Assembly: GCA_963767925.1 (NCBI GenBank)
Contig: CAVYGB010000002.1
Span: 768,001 to 832,000 of the forward strand
From: an uncultured delta proteobacterium
Lineage (GTDB): Bacteria > Myxococcota_A > Polyangia > Fen-1088
Reading direction: 5' to 3'
DNA length: 64,000 nt
The position numbers and the translations under genes are program-made. The notes under the pieces are model-generated. The model saw nothing but the letters and a program-made list of their open reading frames with translations, was not told the DNA's origin and ran no database searches. Below are positions 51,981-64,000 of the stretch, in pieces. Each line of letters begins with the position of its first letter. Position 1 is the first letter of the stretch.

Positions 51981-52184
51981 CACGTGCACGTCTTTCGAGC
52001 ACGAGCACGAGCACGTCTTTCGTGCACGTGCATCCGTCAGACGTGAACGGAAGACGTGCTCGTGATCCGTCAGACGTGAACGCCACACCTGCTCGTGCTC
52101 GCGCTCGAAAGACGTGCAGGAATCCGTCAGACGTACACGACGCACGTGCTCGTGCTGGTGCTCGTGCACGAAAACACGTGCACG
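51981..52184. repeat. Intergenic GCACGA/GTGCAC-rich structured repeat
   Basis: 29-bp inverted repeat (51985-52013 / 52090-52118) and three ATCCGTCAGACGT copies (52032, 52065, 52122). Confidence 0.8.
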
Positions 52185-52454
52185 CGACCTGCCCGCGCGC
52201 GGCCGGTCCCCTGCACCCAGTAGAACGTTCTCGCGGCCTACCCGCACGGCCGGTCCCACTCCCACCCGCCCAGCACCCCGCCGCAGGGGAGGGTTTCGCG
52301 GGCCCCGACGGAGACGCACCGGGGCCTACGATCAGCCACGCGCGCGTACCTGCGCCCACGGCAGGCGTGGCTCCGACCGCGAGGCGCAACGCGCGCCTGG
52401 CGCCGACTGCGTAATTGCCGCAAGATGAAAGGGGCACGGAAGTTGCGGAGGGGC

Positions 52455-53270
52455 ATGAACACCAGGTACGCGTGGAACGTCGGGCGGATGGCTTCTCTGC
52501 TGGCCCTGGCGCCGTTGATCGCCCTGGCGAGCGGCTGTGCCGAACGGCACGCCGGCAAGCGGGGGACGGGCGCCTCGGCGCGCATCGCCAAGAAGGCGCC
52601 CCAGGCGCTCGGCCGGCTCCCGTCGCGCGCGCCCGAGGCGTTGATGGACGTGCGCCTCACCGATCTCTCGGGTGAGTCGGTCACCATGACCGAGGTGCGC
52701 GGCCAGGTCACCGTCATCGCGATGTGGGCCACCTGGTGCAAGCCCTGCTTGCTCGAGCTGCCGATGCTCGAGCGGGTCAAGCGCCGCTACGCGAACGACC
52801 CGCGCATCTCCGTCGTCGCGGTCAGCATCGACGAGGTGAGCAACGCGGCCGATCTCGCCGAGGTGCAGGCCACCGTCAAGCGCATGGGCCTCACCATGCC
52901 GGTCTACCTCGACCAGACCGGCAAGCTGGCCCGCCACCTCATGGGCGCCGTCCGCTCGGTTCCGCTGCTCGCCATCCTCGATCCCGAGCTGCGCATGTTG
53001 CGCGAGCGGGGCTTCGACACCTCGGTCGACGAGCGGACCTACGTCAGCGCCAAGAGCGCGCTCATCGAGCAGGCCCGCCGGGGCGAGCTGCCGGCGGGGG
53101 AGCCGCCGGCCCCGGGCGACGCGGAGACGGGAGCGGTCGTCACGGCGTTGCGGGCCAACCTGAAGCGGGCTTACCCGGAGCTGAGCGATGATCGGATCGA
53201 GGAGCTGCTCAGCGATCTGGAAGAGCGCATGGAATACGCGAAGCTGCGCCGCCGCGCGCGCGGGCAATAG
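52455..53270 (+). CDS. TlpA-like thiol-disulfide oxidoreductase lipoprotein
   Basis: WATWCKPC..ELP; lipobox ASGC. Confidence 0.9.
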   Translation: MNTRYAWNVGRMASLLALAPLIALASGCAERHAGKRGTGASARIAKKAPQALGRLPSRAPEALMDVRLTDLSGESVTMTEVRGQVTVIAMWATWCKPCLLELPMLERVKRRYANDPRISVVAVSIDEVSNAADLAEVQATVKRMGLTMPVYLDQTGKLARHLMGAVRSVPLLAILDPELRMLRERGFDTSVDERTYVSAKSALIEQARRGELPAGEPPAPGDAETGAVVTALRANLKRAYPELSDDRIEELLSDLEERMEYAKLRRRARGQ

Positions 53271-53280
53271 CGGCGCCGCA

Positions 53281-53666
53281 GACCCCTCACCCCTCCCTCT
53301 CCCCGCTGCCGCGGGGCGAGGGCGAACATTCGCCTCACCTGCCGCGATCGTGGTGCCAGCGGGCCCATCCCGTGCGCTCCCCAATTTTGCCGTCCCCGGC
53401 GAACAGTCGGCCTGGCGCCTCGCCCTCGGGCGAGCAGGGCCGTCCCCAGCGGGCCCATCCCGTGCGCTCCCCAATTTTGCCGTCCCCGGCGAACAGTCGG
53501 CCTGGCGCCTCGCCCTCGGGCGAGCAGCGGTCCTCGCTTTTCTGGCTTCACCCGGCGAACTTCAGCCAAGGCAGCGGCCCCTCGGGCGAGCAGCCTGATC
53601 CAGGGCGTCGCCGGAAAGTTTTGCCTCGCCTCGCCCGTTCGCCTTCGTCCCGCGGAGCGGGGAGAG
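53281..53666. repeat. Inverted REP pair (53281-53327, 53637-53666) enclosing a 90-bp-period duplication (53356-53527)
   Basis: REP copies match 3842-3888 and 4287-4332; two identical ~82-bp blocks lie between them. Confidence 0.85.
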
Positions 53667-53793
53667 TCCTCGTGACGCCGGAGACGGCCTCACCCCCACT
53701 GACGGAAATGGTGAGATCAGTGATCTCGGGCGGTTACGGCGCCATTTCCATAGCAGGGAGGGGTGACGGGGGACCGGGCGAGCCGTTGGGGGG

Positions 53794-55479
<1,686 letters not shown>

Positions 55480-55638
55480 GTACCGTGGGCACTCTAATTT
55501 CGGAAATGTCGCGCGATTGTATTCTAGTGTGGTTTTTTGTCCCGTTCGACGCGTGCCAACTGCTTGATTCTAGTCGTCTTTTAGTAATCTTGCGGCAACT
55601 GGCCGGCAATCGCCAGGCATCGTCGGCGCATTGGCTAG

Positions 55639-56367
55639 TCACAACACGAGCTTGTAACCCATGCCGTAGATGGTCACGATGTGCCGGGGCTGCGAAGCGT
55701 TCTCTTCCAGCTTCTTGCGCAGCTTGACCACGAAGTTGTCCACCGACCGGCTCTGGCTCGCGCCCGACACGCCCCAGATCTTCTCCAGGATCTCCTCGCG
55801 CGGCACCGGCTGTCCGGCGCGCTCGTAGAGGATGCGGACGATCTCCACCTCGTAGAACGAGAGCTGATACGTGCGCTTGTCGCGCACCAGCTCGTGGCGT
55901 CGGGGAAAGATCGTCGCCTCGCCGATCTCGATCGACTCCTCGGGGCCCCCCGGCGTGCGCTGCAGGCGCCGGAACAGGGCCCCGATGCGGGCCACCAGCT
56001 CCCCGACCGAAAACGGCTTGGTGACGTAGTCGTCGGCCCCCACCTCCAGGCCCCGGATCTTGTCCGCCTCCTGCGAGCGCGCGGTCAGCATGATGATGGG
56101 CAGCGTCGGGTGGATCTGCCGGATCTGCTCGCACACCAGAAAGCCGTTCATGTCCGGCAACATCAGGTCGAGGATGACCAGGTCGGGCTTGCGCTCGCGC
56201 ACCGTCGAGACCCCGTCGCGCCCGGTGCCGACGGTGGCCACGTCGAACCCCTCGAACTCGAGGGCGTCCCGCAGGCCGCGGGCGATGTCGGGCTCGTCCT
56301 CGACGATGAGGATGCGGCGCCGGTGAGCGGGCTGGACGGGTGTCGGTTGGGGCGGGGAGCTGCTCAT
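55639..56367 (-). CDS. OmpR/PhoB family response regulator
   Basis: [20 protein letters not shown] and a winged-helix C-terminus. Confidence 0.94.
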   Translation of the reverse strand: MSSSPPQPTPVQPAHRRRILIVEDEPDIARGLRDALEFEGFDVATVGTGRDGVSTVRERKPDLVILDLMLPDMNGFLVCEQIRQIHPTLPIIMLTARSQEADKIRGLEVGADDYVTKPFSVGELVARIGALFRRLQRTPGGPEESIEIGEATIFPRRHELVRDKRTYQLSFYEVEIVRILYERAGQPVPREEILEKIWGVSGASQSRSVDNFVVKLRKKLEENASQPRHIVTIYGMGYKLVL

Positions 56368-58013
56368 GACTTGGCTGCTTGCCTGGGGTCCTCTGGCGAA
56401 TCGAGGAGCACCTCCGGGACCGACGGCAAGTAAACCCGGAACAGGCTCCCGACGCCACCACCGCGAACCGGCGGGACGGGACTTTCCACCGATACGTGGC
56501 CCCCATGAGCCTCGGCGATGTGCCTGACCAGGGCCAGCCCGATGCCGCTGCCGCGCACGTTGCGGTCGCGGGCGCTCTGGGCCCGGTAAAAGCGCTCGAA
56601 GATGCGGAGCTGCTCCTCGGTGGGGATGCCGGGGCCCCAGTCGCGCACCGACAGCGCCACCCCGCCCGGCACCCGGTCCAGCGCCACCTCGACCACCCCG
56701 CCCTCGGCCCCGTATTTCACGGCGTTGTCGACCAGGTTGAGGATGACGAGGGTGAGGGCGTTTTCATCCATGCGCACCATCGGCAGGTTGCGCTCGACCC
56801 GCGTGCGCAGCTTGAGCTTCTCTTTTTCCAGGCGGTAGCGGCACACGTCCATGGCCCGCTCCAGCACCACCGCCAGATCCCCCTCGGCGAAGTCGTAGCT
56901 GGCCTTGCCCCGCTCGAGGCGGGCGAAGTCGAGCACGTTGTCGATGAGGTGGGACAGCCGCTCCGACTCGCGGGTGATGATGCCCCCGTATTCGCGGGCG
57001 GTCTCCTCGCCCTTGTGCCGGCCGGTGGCCACCATCTCCCCGAACATGCGGATGAGGGACAGCGGCGTCTTGAGCTCGTGCGAGACGTTGGCGATGAAGT
57101 CGCTCTTCATGCGCGAGGCCCGCCGCTCGGTGATCACCGAGAGCAGCACGATCCCCATGCCGAAGGCGATGATGATCGTCGCCAGCACCACCAGCAGCGG
57201 GCGGATGACCCGCTGGCGGGCCATGTCGGCCTCGATGTCCTGGCGGGCGTCGTCGTTGGGGGCCATCCGCAGGTTGAAGCGGTAGAGCTGGCGGCCGAGC
57301 GGCTCGTCGTAGAGGAAGCGCTCGTTGGTGAGCGGGACGCTGCCCCCGAACACCTTGTCGGGCAGCTCCTTGCCCCACTCGTCGACAAGCGCCACCCGGT
57401 AGAGCTGCCCCAGCCGGCGCATCGTCCGGTCGAGGCCGCTCGAGGTGATGAACCCCACGTTGAGCTTCGCCACCAGGAAGTAGGCCTCCTCGTTGACCGC
57501 CTGGTAGCGGGCGGTCACGAACAGGGTGTCCCGGTTGACGTGGACGTATTTCAGGTTCGCCGTCGGGATGCGCGGCCACTCGAAGTGGCGGGCGTCGACC
57601 TTGAAGTGGTGGCGGAGGACGCCACGCTTGAACTCCGGGGCCACGCACACCTCGTCGCGCCCGGGCCCCTGGTGCAAGATGGCGAACACCTCGACCATCG
57701 CCGGCACCTCCGCCACCCCCTCGCCGGCGCACTTGCTGGCGTCGGCCAGGGCCGGGTTCTCGACCGCCGCGGCCAGGCTGGCGAAGAGCTGGTTGACCTC
57801 CCGGTCCATCTGCTGGGTCAACGAGGCGGCGACGTCGCGCGCCTCCACCCCGGCGGCGGCGTTGAACTGCTTCTGGTACAGGCCCACCAGGTTCTGGGCG
57901 CCGTCGTACCCCAGGTAGGCGAGCGCCAGCGCCGCCGCGATCATCGCGGGAAAAACGAGGGCCAGGACGAGGGAGATGCGCCCGCCCGGGCGTGTGGAAC
58001 GCGCTAAACTCAC
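56364..58013 (-). CDS. Membrane sensor histidine kinase
   Basis: Two TM segments; [23 protein letters not shown] and GSGIGL. Confidence 0.94.
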   Translation of the reverse strand: MSLARSTRPGGRISLVLALVFPAMIAAALALAYLGYDGAQNLVGLYQKQFNAAAGVEARDVAASLTQQMDREVNQLFASLAAAVENPALADASKCAGEGVAEVPAMVEVFAILHQGPGRDEVCVAPEFKRGVLRHHFKVDARHFEWPRIPTANLKYVHVNRDTLFVTARYQAVNEEAYFLVAKLNVGFITSSGLDRTMRRLGQLYRVALVDEWGKELPDKVFGGSVPLTNERFLYDEPLGRQLYRFNLRMAPNDDARQDIEADMARQRVIRPLLVVLATIIIAFGMGIVLLSVITERRASRMKSDFIANVSHELKTPLSLIRMFGEMVATGRHKGEETAREYGGIITRESERLSHLIDNVLDFARLERGKASYDFAEGDLAVVLERAMDVCRYRLEKEKLKLRTRVERNLPMVRMDENALTLVILNLVDNAVKYGAEGGVVEVALDRVPGGVALSVRDWGPGIPTEEQLRIFERFYRAQSARDRNVRGSGIGLALVRHIAEAHGGHVSVESPVPPVRGGGVGSLFRVYLPSVPEVLLDSPEDPRQAAKS

Positions 58014-58051
58014 GGCTGTCGCCTGGAACGAAGGCCAGCTCCGATTTCACT

Positions 58052-58510
58052 ATGACCGAGGGCGCCGGCCGGCGTCCACCCCGAGCGCGAATGCCCCCAC
58101 CTGTCCGACACGTCTTCGTGTGCCTCAACGAACGGCCGGCCTCCGGGCGCCCCTCCTGCGGCGTGCGCGGGGGCGCCGCGCTGTTCACAGCGCTGCAACG
58201 TGCCATCGGCGGCCGTCCGGATCTCGCTGGACAGGTCGCGGTGACCGGGACGCGCTGCCTGGGCCCCTGCTTCGACGGCCCCACGCTGGTGGTCTACCCC
58301 GACGCCGTCTGGTACGCGGGGGCCGGCGCGGCCGACGCCGAGGAGATCGTCGAGAGCCACCTGCGCCAGGGCCGCCCGGTCGAACGCCTCCGCTTCAGCT
58401 GGGAGGCCGAGGACGACGACAACGACGAGAACGACGGCGACACCGAGGCCCGTGGCAGCGGAGCGGCGGCGCGCGCGCAGGAACGAGTGGACCGGGGGGA
58501 CGCAAAATGA
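58052..58510 (+). CDS. Thioredoxin-like [2Fe-2S] ferredoxin
   Basis: HVFVC..C, CLGPC and VVYPDAVWY; start may be 58091. Confidence 0.88.
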   Translation: MTEGAGRRPPRARMPPPVRHVFVCLNERPASGRPSCGVRGGAALFTALQRAIGGRPDLAGQVAVTGTRCLGPCFDGPTLVVYPDAVWYAGAGAADAEEIVESHLRQGRPVERLRFSWEAEDDDNDENDGDTEARGSGAAARAQERVDRGDAK

Positions 58511-58569
58511 GCGCCCACCGGCCGCGCGCGCAAATCGAGCGCGCGTGAGACGAGCGTCGATCCGCCCGC

Positions 58570-59046
58570 TCACATCTCCAGCAACATGACGACCGCGTCC
58601 TCGTTGTCGTCGGCGTAGTAGCTGGGGCGCAGGCCCACCGCCTTGAAACCGAAGCGCCGGTAGACCCGCTGGGCCGGCTCGTTCGAGCGCCGCACCTCCA
58701 GCGTGATCAGCCGGCAGCGGTGCTGGCGGGCGAAGTCGAGGATGTGGCTCAGCAGCCGCGACCCGAACCCCATCCGGCGGGCGTCGGGGTGCATGGCCAC
58801 CTTGAGGATGTGGATCTCGTCCGCCACCCGCCAGTAGTTGCAGAAGCCGACCACGCTGCGGCTGACCGCCGCCCGCATGACGTCGAGGAAGGCCCAGGGG
58901 CGCGACAGCTCCTCCATGAACACCTGCCGCGACCAGGGGGCGCGGAAGGAGAGCTGCTCGATCTGCATGACCAAGTCGAGGTCGCTCTCCTTCATCGATT
59001 CGATGAGGTACCGGGGTACCTCGCGCGCTTGCGGCAGGGCACTCAT
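58570..59046 (-). CDS. rimI: Ribosomal protein S18 alanine N-acetyltransferase
   Basis: IE..SF..PWS, RRMGFG, LEVRRSN and R..YY...EDA. Confidence 0.92.
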   Translation of the reverse strand: MSALPQAREVPRYLIESMKESDLDLVMQIEQLSFRAPWSRQVFMEELSRPWAFLDVMRAAVSRSVVGFCNYWRVADEIHILKVAMHPDARRMGFGSRLLSHILDFARQHRCRLITLEVRRSNEPAQRVYRRFGFKAVGLRPSYYADDNEDAVVMLLEM

Positions 59047-59055
59047 CGACCCTTG

Positions 59056-59697
59056 TTACTTTACACCACGGACGCCGGCCCGGGTGATAGCGGCCCACAT
59101 GCGGTCCAGCCCCTCCCCTGTCTCGCCCGAGACCAGGAGCGGCGGAGGAGACCCCGGGGGCAACGCGCGCCGCATCCGGACCTCGAGCTTGCCGCGCTCG
59201 GCGCTCGACAGCTTGTCGGTCTTTGTCACCACAAGGCGGTGGGGGACCTCCAGGGCGGCCAGCCACTCCAGCAGCTGCCGCTCCTCGTCCTCGAGGTCGC
59301 GACGCGCGTCGATCAGCGACAGGAACAGGGCCAAGGTGGTGCGCCCCTTGACGTACCCCTCGACCATCGGCTGCCAGCTCCGGCGCTCGTCCTGCGAGAC
59401 CTGGGCGTAGCCATACCCCGGCAGGTCGACCAGCCGGAGGGCGTGGTCCTGCGGCGGCTCGCCGGGCCAGCGGAGCTGCAGGTCGTAGAACATGATGCCG
59501 CGCGTTCGACCGGGGGTCTTGGAGGTGCGGGCCAGCGCCCGCCGCCCCACCAGCTTGTTGAGCAGGGTCGACTTGCCCACGTTCGAGCGCCCGGCGATCG
59601 CCACTTCGGGCGCCCCGGGTGGGGGCAGCGGGAAGCGGGGGCGGACCTCGGTGACGAAGTCGGCCGACAGGACGGTCGGGATGGGGGCCTTGCTCAC
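59056..59697 (-). CDS. engB: Ribosome biogenesis GTPase YihA/YsxC
   Basis: GRSNVGKS, SKTPGRT, DLPGYGY and TKTDK. Confidence 0.94.
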   Translation of the reverse strand: MSKAPIPTVLSADFVTEVRPRFPLPPPGAPEVAIAGRSNVGKSTLLNKLVGRRALARTSKTPGRTRGIMFYDLQLRWPGEPPQDHALRLVDLPGYGYAQVSQDERRSWQPMVEGYVKGRTTLALFLSLIDARRDLEDEERQLLEWLAALEVPHRLVVTKTDKLSSAERGKLEVRMRRALPPGSPPPLLVSGETGEGLDRMWAAITRAGVRGVK

Positions 59698-59747
59698 CCG
59701 AGCTTCCTAGCAAGAAACCGGACCGGCCGGGGTAGCATCGCCCCCAG

Positions 59748-60377
59748 GTGGTTGGCAAGCTCAAGCTGGTCGGGCTCACCGGCGGCATCGGATCGGGCAA
59801 GTCGACGGTCGGCCGCATGATCGCCGCGCTGGGCGTGCCGGTGATCGACGCCGACCAGCTCGCCCGCGAGGTGGTGGCCCCCGGCCAGCCGGGGCACGCC
59901 GAGGTGGCGGCCCGCTGGCCGGAGGTGATCGGCCCCGACGGGGCGATCGACCGCAAGCGGCTGGGGGCCCTGGTCTTCGCCGACCCGCAGGCCCGGCGCG
60001 CGCTGGAGGCCATCACCCACCCGCGCATCCAGGAGCGCCTGCAGCAGCGGGCCGAGGCGCTCGACCGGGCCGGGCACCATCTGGCCTTCTACGAGGCCTC
60101 GCTGCTGGTCGAGGCCAACCGGCACCGCGACTTCGACGCGCTGGTGGTGGTGACCGCCGACGAGGAGCAGCAGATCGCCCGCACCGTGGCCCGCGACGCC
60201 AGCAGCGCGGAGCAGGCCCGGGCCCGCGTGCGCGCGCAGCTCCCGCTGGACGAGAAACGTCGGGTGGCCACCCACCTCATCGACAACTCCGGCGACCTCG
60301 AGAAAACCCGCCGCCAGACCGAGGCGCTGGTGGAGGCGCTCGGCGGGGCGACGAAAGGCTCGCCAGACCGACCCTGA
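59748..60377 (+). CDS. coaE: Dephospho-CoA kinase
   Basis: GLTGGIGSGKST, IDAD, LEAITHP and IDNSG. Confidence 0.95.
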   Translation: MVGKLKLVGLTGGIGSGKSTVGRMIAALGVPVIDADQLAREVVAPGQPGHAEVAARWPEVIGPDGAIDRKRLGALVFADPQARRALEAITHPRIQERLQQRAEALDRAGHHLAFYEASLLVEANRHRDFDALVVVTADEEQQIARTVARDASSAEQARARVRAQLPLDEKRRVATHLIDNSGDLEKTRRQTEALVEALGGATKGSPDRP

Positions 60378-60390
60378 CGATCGGGGCCGG

Positions 60391-60822
60391 TCAGCTCCGG
60401 GGGGCTTCGCGGGCGGACACCTCGCGCAGCACGATGGCGGCCCGCCGCCCGGGCTCGCGCTCGGCGAGGTCCGAGAGGCTGATGATGCCGTGGAGGGCGC
60501 CCTGCTCGTCCTCGACCACGATGCGCGAGACCCGGTGCTGGATCATCCGCTGCTCCGCCACCGCCAGGTCGTCGCTGGCCCGACAGGAGACCACCGCCCG
60601 GGTCATGATCTCGCCCACCCGGGTGCCGTCGCTGCTCTTGCTCTGGGCGACCGCGCGTACGGTGATGTCCCGGTCGGTGATGATGCCGAGGACCTTGCCG
60701 CGCTCGTCGCAGACCGGGAGAAACCCGATGTTGGATCGGGCCATCTTTTCGGCGGCCCGCTGCAGAGTCTCCTGCTCGCCCGACGTCTGCACCTGCCGCT
60801 TCATGATCTCCTCACACCGCAT
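60391..60822 (-). CDS. CBS-domain pair protein
   Basis: IGFLPV, GIITDRDI and GIISLSDL; GGAGG RBS. Confidence 0.9.
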   Translation of the reverse strand: MRCEEIMKRQVQTSGEQETLQRAAEKMARSNIGFLPVCDERGKVLGIITDRDITVRAVAQSKSSDGTRVGEIMTRAVVSCRASDDLAVAEQRMIQHRVSRIVVEDEQGALHGIISLSDLAEREPGRRAAIVLREVSAREAPRS

Positions 60823-60907
60823 GTGGCACCTCCCGCGGGCAATGTAGCACGCGACTTCCGGGGCGGCCGTCGCCCGGCGGGGAGCGCTGCGGAACGGTGT
60901 CAGCACC

Positions 60908-63292
60908 TCATTCGCAGCCGTCGAGGCCGCGGATCCAGCTCTCCAGCAGGGCCACGCCGGGTTCGTCCACGAGGGTGGTACCCACCAGGGGCATGCGGAT
61001 CTCCCCGGTGGTGCGCAGGAACCGGATCAGCACCGAGGCCTCGGGGTCGCCGGGGGCGATGCGCTTGTCCGCCCCCTCGAAGCTGATGAAGGTGGCGTCA
61101 AGATCGCAGGCCAGCGTCTCGTCGAACGGGGTCGTGTAACGGAAGTCGATGCGGTTCTCGTAGCCGTCCTTGGGCCGGTGGCAGCCGGCGCAGTTGGCGT
61201 GCAGGTACGAACGCGCGCGGGCGTCCAGCGAGGCGTCGCCCATCGGCGCCGGCAAGGCGGGTAGCGCCTCGGGGGGCGCCGGCAGCGGCGCGGCCAGCAG
61301 GCCGGCCTGCTGGAGGTGGACGAGCTGGTTACGGCTCCCGTCCGGATAGGTGAAGGACCGATTGAGCTGCAGGATCTCCGGGCCGAGGGCGAAGCCGGCG
61401 CCAGGCGTGTGGCAGGCCAGGCAGTGGCCGCGGGTGGGGTGGCTCCAGGTGACGCCGCCGACGGTCCTTTTCACCTCGACCGAGGAGGGGGGCACCAGGG
61501 TGGCTTCGGTCTGCTCGGCGTTCCAGCCGTAGGAGTAGCCGGCCCAGACGCCGTCGCTGTGGCGCACGAACAGGCGGGTCTCCACCTTGGTGGCGCCCAG
61601 CGAGAACTCCTTGACCAGGGTGGTGCCGGCGGGAAACTGGAAATCGCCGGTCTCGTCGAGGGCGATCTTGCCCCCCGGGGGCAGGGCCATCCAGCGGCGC
61701 TTGCTCGCCCCGTCGGAGAACAGCGGCGAGTTGACGTCGTAGGGGACGAGCGGGCCGGCGCCGCTGCCGGGCAGACAGCCGGTCTGCGACAGCAGGGCGG
61801 GCAGCGCGCGGGTGGCGGGCGGCGCGGCCGGCGCCACGTGGTGCAGGCGGCCGCCGTCGTAGTCGAGCAGGTACAGCTCCTCGTCGAGGGCCACCCCGAA
61901 CGAGACCAGCCGCAGCCCGGTCTCGAGCAGGGTCTCCGGGCGGGGCGCGCGATCGGCGGGCAGGGCCCAGACCGCGCCCGAGATGAAGTCGGCGTAGACG
62001 TAGCGGTCGCGCAGGCCGGGCAGCTTCTGCCCGCGGTAGACCGGGCCGCCGGTGACCGAGCGGCCCTCGCGGTGCTTGTACTCCACCCAGGGGGGCGTGA
62101 TGCCGGCGGTGTCGCAGGGCTCGTCTACGCACAGGGTGCCCTCGACGGTGTTCCAGCCGTAGTTGCCCCCCTTGACCACCCGGTTGACCTCCTCGCGGCG
62201 CGACGACCCGATCTCGCCGGCCCAGATCACCCCCGGCGCGAGGGGATCGAAGCGCCAGCGCCAGGGGTTGCGGAAGCCCGAGGCCCAGACCTCGCCGCGC
62301 GCGCCGGCCCGGCCCACGAAGGGGTTGTCGGCGGGGATGGCGTAGGGGGTCCCCTCGCCCACCCGGTCGACGTCGAGGCGCAGGATCTTGCCGTTGAGGT
62401 CGCCGAGGTTCTGGGCCTGGCTGAGCTCGTCGTCGTCGACGCCGTCGCCGAAGCCGGCCCACAGGAAGCCATCGGCCCCGAAGTGGATGTCGCAGTTCAG
62501 GTGGACCTTCTCGGGGTCCGGCTGCTCCATCTCGATCAGCACCTGCTCGCTGGCGGGGTCGAAGGTGGCGCCACCGTCGGTGGAGCGGAAGCGCGACAGC
62601 CGCGAGCGCAGCACCGGCCCGGCCAGCGAATACGACAGGAAGAGCTGGCCGTTGCGAGCGAACTGGGGGTGAAAGGCGATGCCGAGGATGCCGGCGTCGC
62701 CTTCGTATTCGACCCGGTCGGACAGATTGAGGGCCACCGTCCAGGCGTTGACGTCAGGCCGGTTGGCGAAGCGCTTGAGGCGGCCGCCCTGCTCGGTGAC
62801 GTACCAGTGCTCCGGCTGACCGGGGGCCTGCACCGCCGCGGTGGGGGCGGAGAAGGCGGGCAGCGCCGGGAAGGGATCGACGAGGTTGTAGGTCTCGTTG
62901 GGGCGGGGAAGGCTGGTGCAGGCGTAGACCGGGGCCGCCGGGGCCGGCCCGGGCTGCGGGCCCGGCGGTGGGGTGCCGGGAACCGCGGCGGGCGGCGCGC
63001 CGGGGGTCGGTGGAGCGCCGGGCACGGGCGGCGCGCCGGGGGTCGGTGGAGCGCCGGGCACGGGCGGCGCGCCGGGCACGGGCGGGGCCGCGGGCGTCGT
63101 GGCGACGTCCGGCTCCGGCGCGTCGGCCGGGCGATCGGCGACAGCCGCGTCGACGGCGGTGGGCGCCGGGCCCGAGCCGGCAGCGCCGTCCGGGCCGCGC
63201 GGCGGGCGCGGGGACCCGTCGGGACCGGCGGAGGGCTCGGACGAGCAGGCGGTGATGAGCAACCCGGCCAGGATCAGGCGCGCACGGGACAT
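60908..63292 (-). CDS. PQQ-dependent sugar dehydrogenase (GSDH-like) lipoprotein fused to a two-CxxCH cytochrome c domain
   Basis: Lipobox ITAC, Pro-rich repeats, GFRNPWR, GGNYGW, SPLFSDGASKRR, CLACH and CAGCH. Confidence 0.88.
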   Translation of the reverse strand: MSRARLILAGLLITACSSEPSAGPDGSPRPPRGPDGAAGSGPAPTAVDAAVADRPADAPEPDVATTPAAPPVPGAPPVPGAPPTPGAPPVPGAPPTPGAPPAAVPGTPPPGPQPGPAPAAPVYACTSLPRPNETYNLVDPFPALPAFSAPTAAVQAPGQPEHWYVTEQGGRLKRFANRPDVNAWTVALNLSDRVEYEGDAGILGIAFHPQFARNGQLFLSYSLAGPVLRSRLSRFRSTDGGATFDPASEQVLIEMEQPDPEKVHLNCDIHFGADGFLWAGFGDGVDDDELSQAQNLGDLNGKILRLDVDRVGEGTPYAIPADNPFVGRAGARGEVWASGFRNPWRWRFDPLAPGVIWAGEIGSSRREEVNRVVKGGNYGWNTVEGTLCVDEPCDTAGITPPWVEYKHREGRSVTGGPVYRGQKLPGLRDRYVYADFISGAVWALPADRAPRPETLLETGLRLVSFGVALDEELYLLDYDGGRLHHVAPAAPPATRALPALLSQTGCLPGSGAGPLVPYDVNSPLFSDGASKRRWMALPPGGKIALDETGDFQFPAGTTLVKEFSLGATKVETRLFVRHSDGVWAGYSYGWNAEQTEATLVPPSSVEVKRTVGGVTWSHPTRGHCLACHTPGAGFALGPEILQLNRSFTYPDGSRNQLVHLQQAGLLAAPLPAPPEALPALPAPMGDASLDARARSYLHANCAGCHRPKDGYENRIDFRYTTPFDETLACDLDATFISFEGADKRIAPGDPEASVLIRFLRTTGEIRMPLVGTTLVDEPGVALLESWIRGLDGCE

Positions 63293-63306
63293 TCGTGTCT
63301 CCCTCC

Positions 63307-64000
63307 TCATTCGAGGCCGACGGTCACCAGCGTGATCGTCCGGCAGCTCATGGAAAAAGTCAGCCAGCCGTCTTTCAGGGTGAACGGCAGAGCCGCGCGG
63401 CCCGCCCCCGGCTGCGAGCCAACCACGCTGAGCACCCGCCGCCCCGAGGGCCCGCGCAGGGCCGGCGACAGCGCCACCTCGAAGCTGGCCGGGCGCGGCG
63501 TCCAGGCGGGCGGGCTCTCCCCCAGCCCGTCCAGGTTGGCCACCGCCAGCAGCAGGCGCTTGTCGCGGGTGCGGCGGATCGAGAACACGGTGGCCAGCGG
63601 CGCACCGCTGACGAGCTGGGGCGTCGCGCCCACCGCCTGGGCCACCTCGGTGCGGGCCCGCTCGCTCTCGCGCCGGAGGTAGGTCGCGCCCGCCCGCTCG
63701 GCGCCGTGCACGACCCGCCCGCTGCCGAAGGGCTTGTGGACCCAGTCGCCCGAGGCGAGGCCGAAGGCGGCCAGCAGGGCGGGGCCGCTGCGGGCCCGCC
63801 CGTCCTCGTCGTAGATGCCGAGGTCGGGGCCGGACGCGACGAGCGTGCCGCCGCCCGCGACCCAGGTCGTGAGCACGCCGATGGCCGCGTCGGACAGGGC
63901 CACCGCGCTCGGCACGATCAGCACCCGGTAGCGGGCCAGCGCCGCCGCCGACAGGCGCCAGGCCGGCAACACGTCGTAGGGCTGGTGGTCGTGGATGAGG
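63307..64000 (-). CDS. C-terminal part of a protein with a beta-galactosidase trimerisation-like domain; 5' end outside the window
   Basis: PYDVL, YRVLIVP..LSD and WVAGGGTLV. Confidence 0.65.
   Translation of the reverse strand, partial: LIHDHQPYDVLPAWRLSAAALARYRVLIVPSAVALSDAAIGVLTTWVAGGGTLVASGPDLGIYDEDGRARSGPALLAAFGLASGDWVHKPFGSGRVVHGAERAGATYLRRESERARTEVAQAVGATPQLVSGAPLATVFSIRRTRDKRLLLAVANLDGLGESPPAWTPRPASFEVALSPALRGPSGRRVLSVVGSQPGAGRAALPFTLKDGWLTFSMSCRTITLVTVGLE

Overview
High-GC bacterial window. Gene content (IgGFc-binding, MopE-like and DUF1554-like lipoproteins, an Oar-like TonB receptor, Uma2) suggests a myxobacterium; that is inference. About 50 real CDSs lie among many shadow ORFs. 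They include housekeeping genes (prmC, rimI, engB, coaE), a two-component system beside a GT2, a TetR/LolA-like/porin/MMPL operon and a PSD1/DUF1501 pair. All product calls come from motif recognition and recalled family features; no searches were run. Most notable: (1) an apparent HflX-macrolide phosphotransferase fusion split by one extra base and preceded by an unannotated leader peptide MRAYLRLR, which suggests macrolide-inducible attenuation; (2) a REP-associated tyrosine transposase-like gene flanked by long inverted structured arms that run outward into microsatellite tails; (3) four unrelated tandem arrays, each starting just downstream of the same REP-type palindrome; (4) an ECF anti-sigma factor with a C-terminal CxxCH motif; (5) a 153-bp MITE; (6) a 2.2-kb mosaic of unrelated gene fragments.
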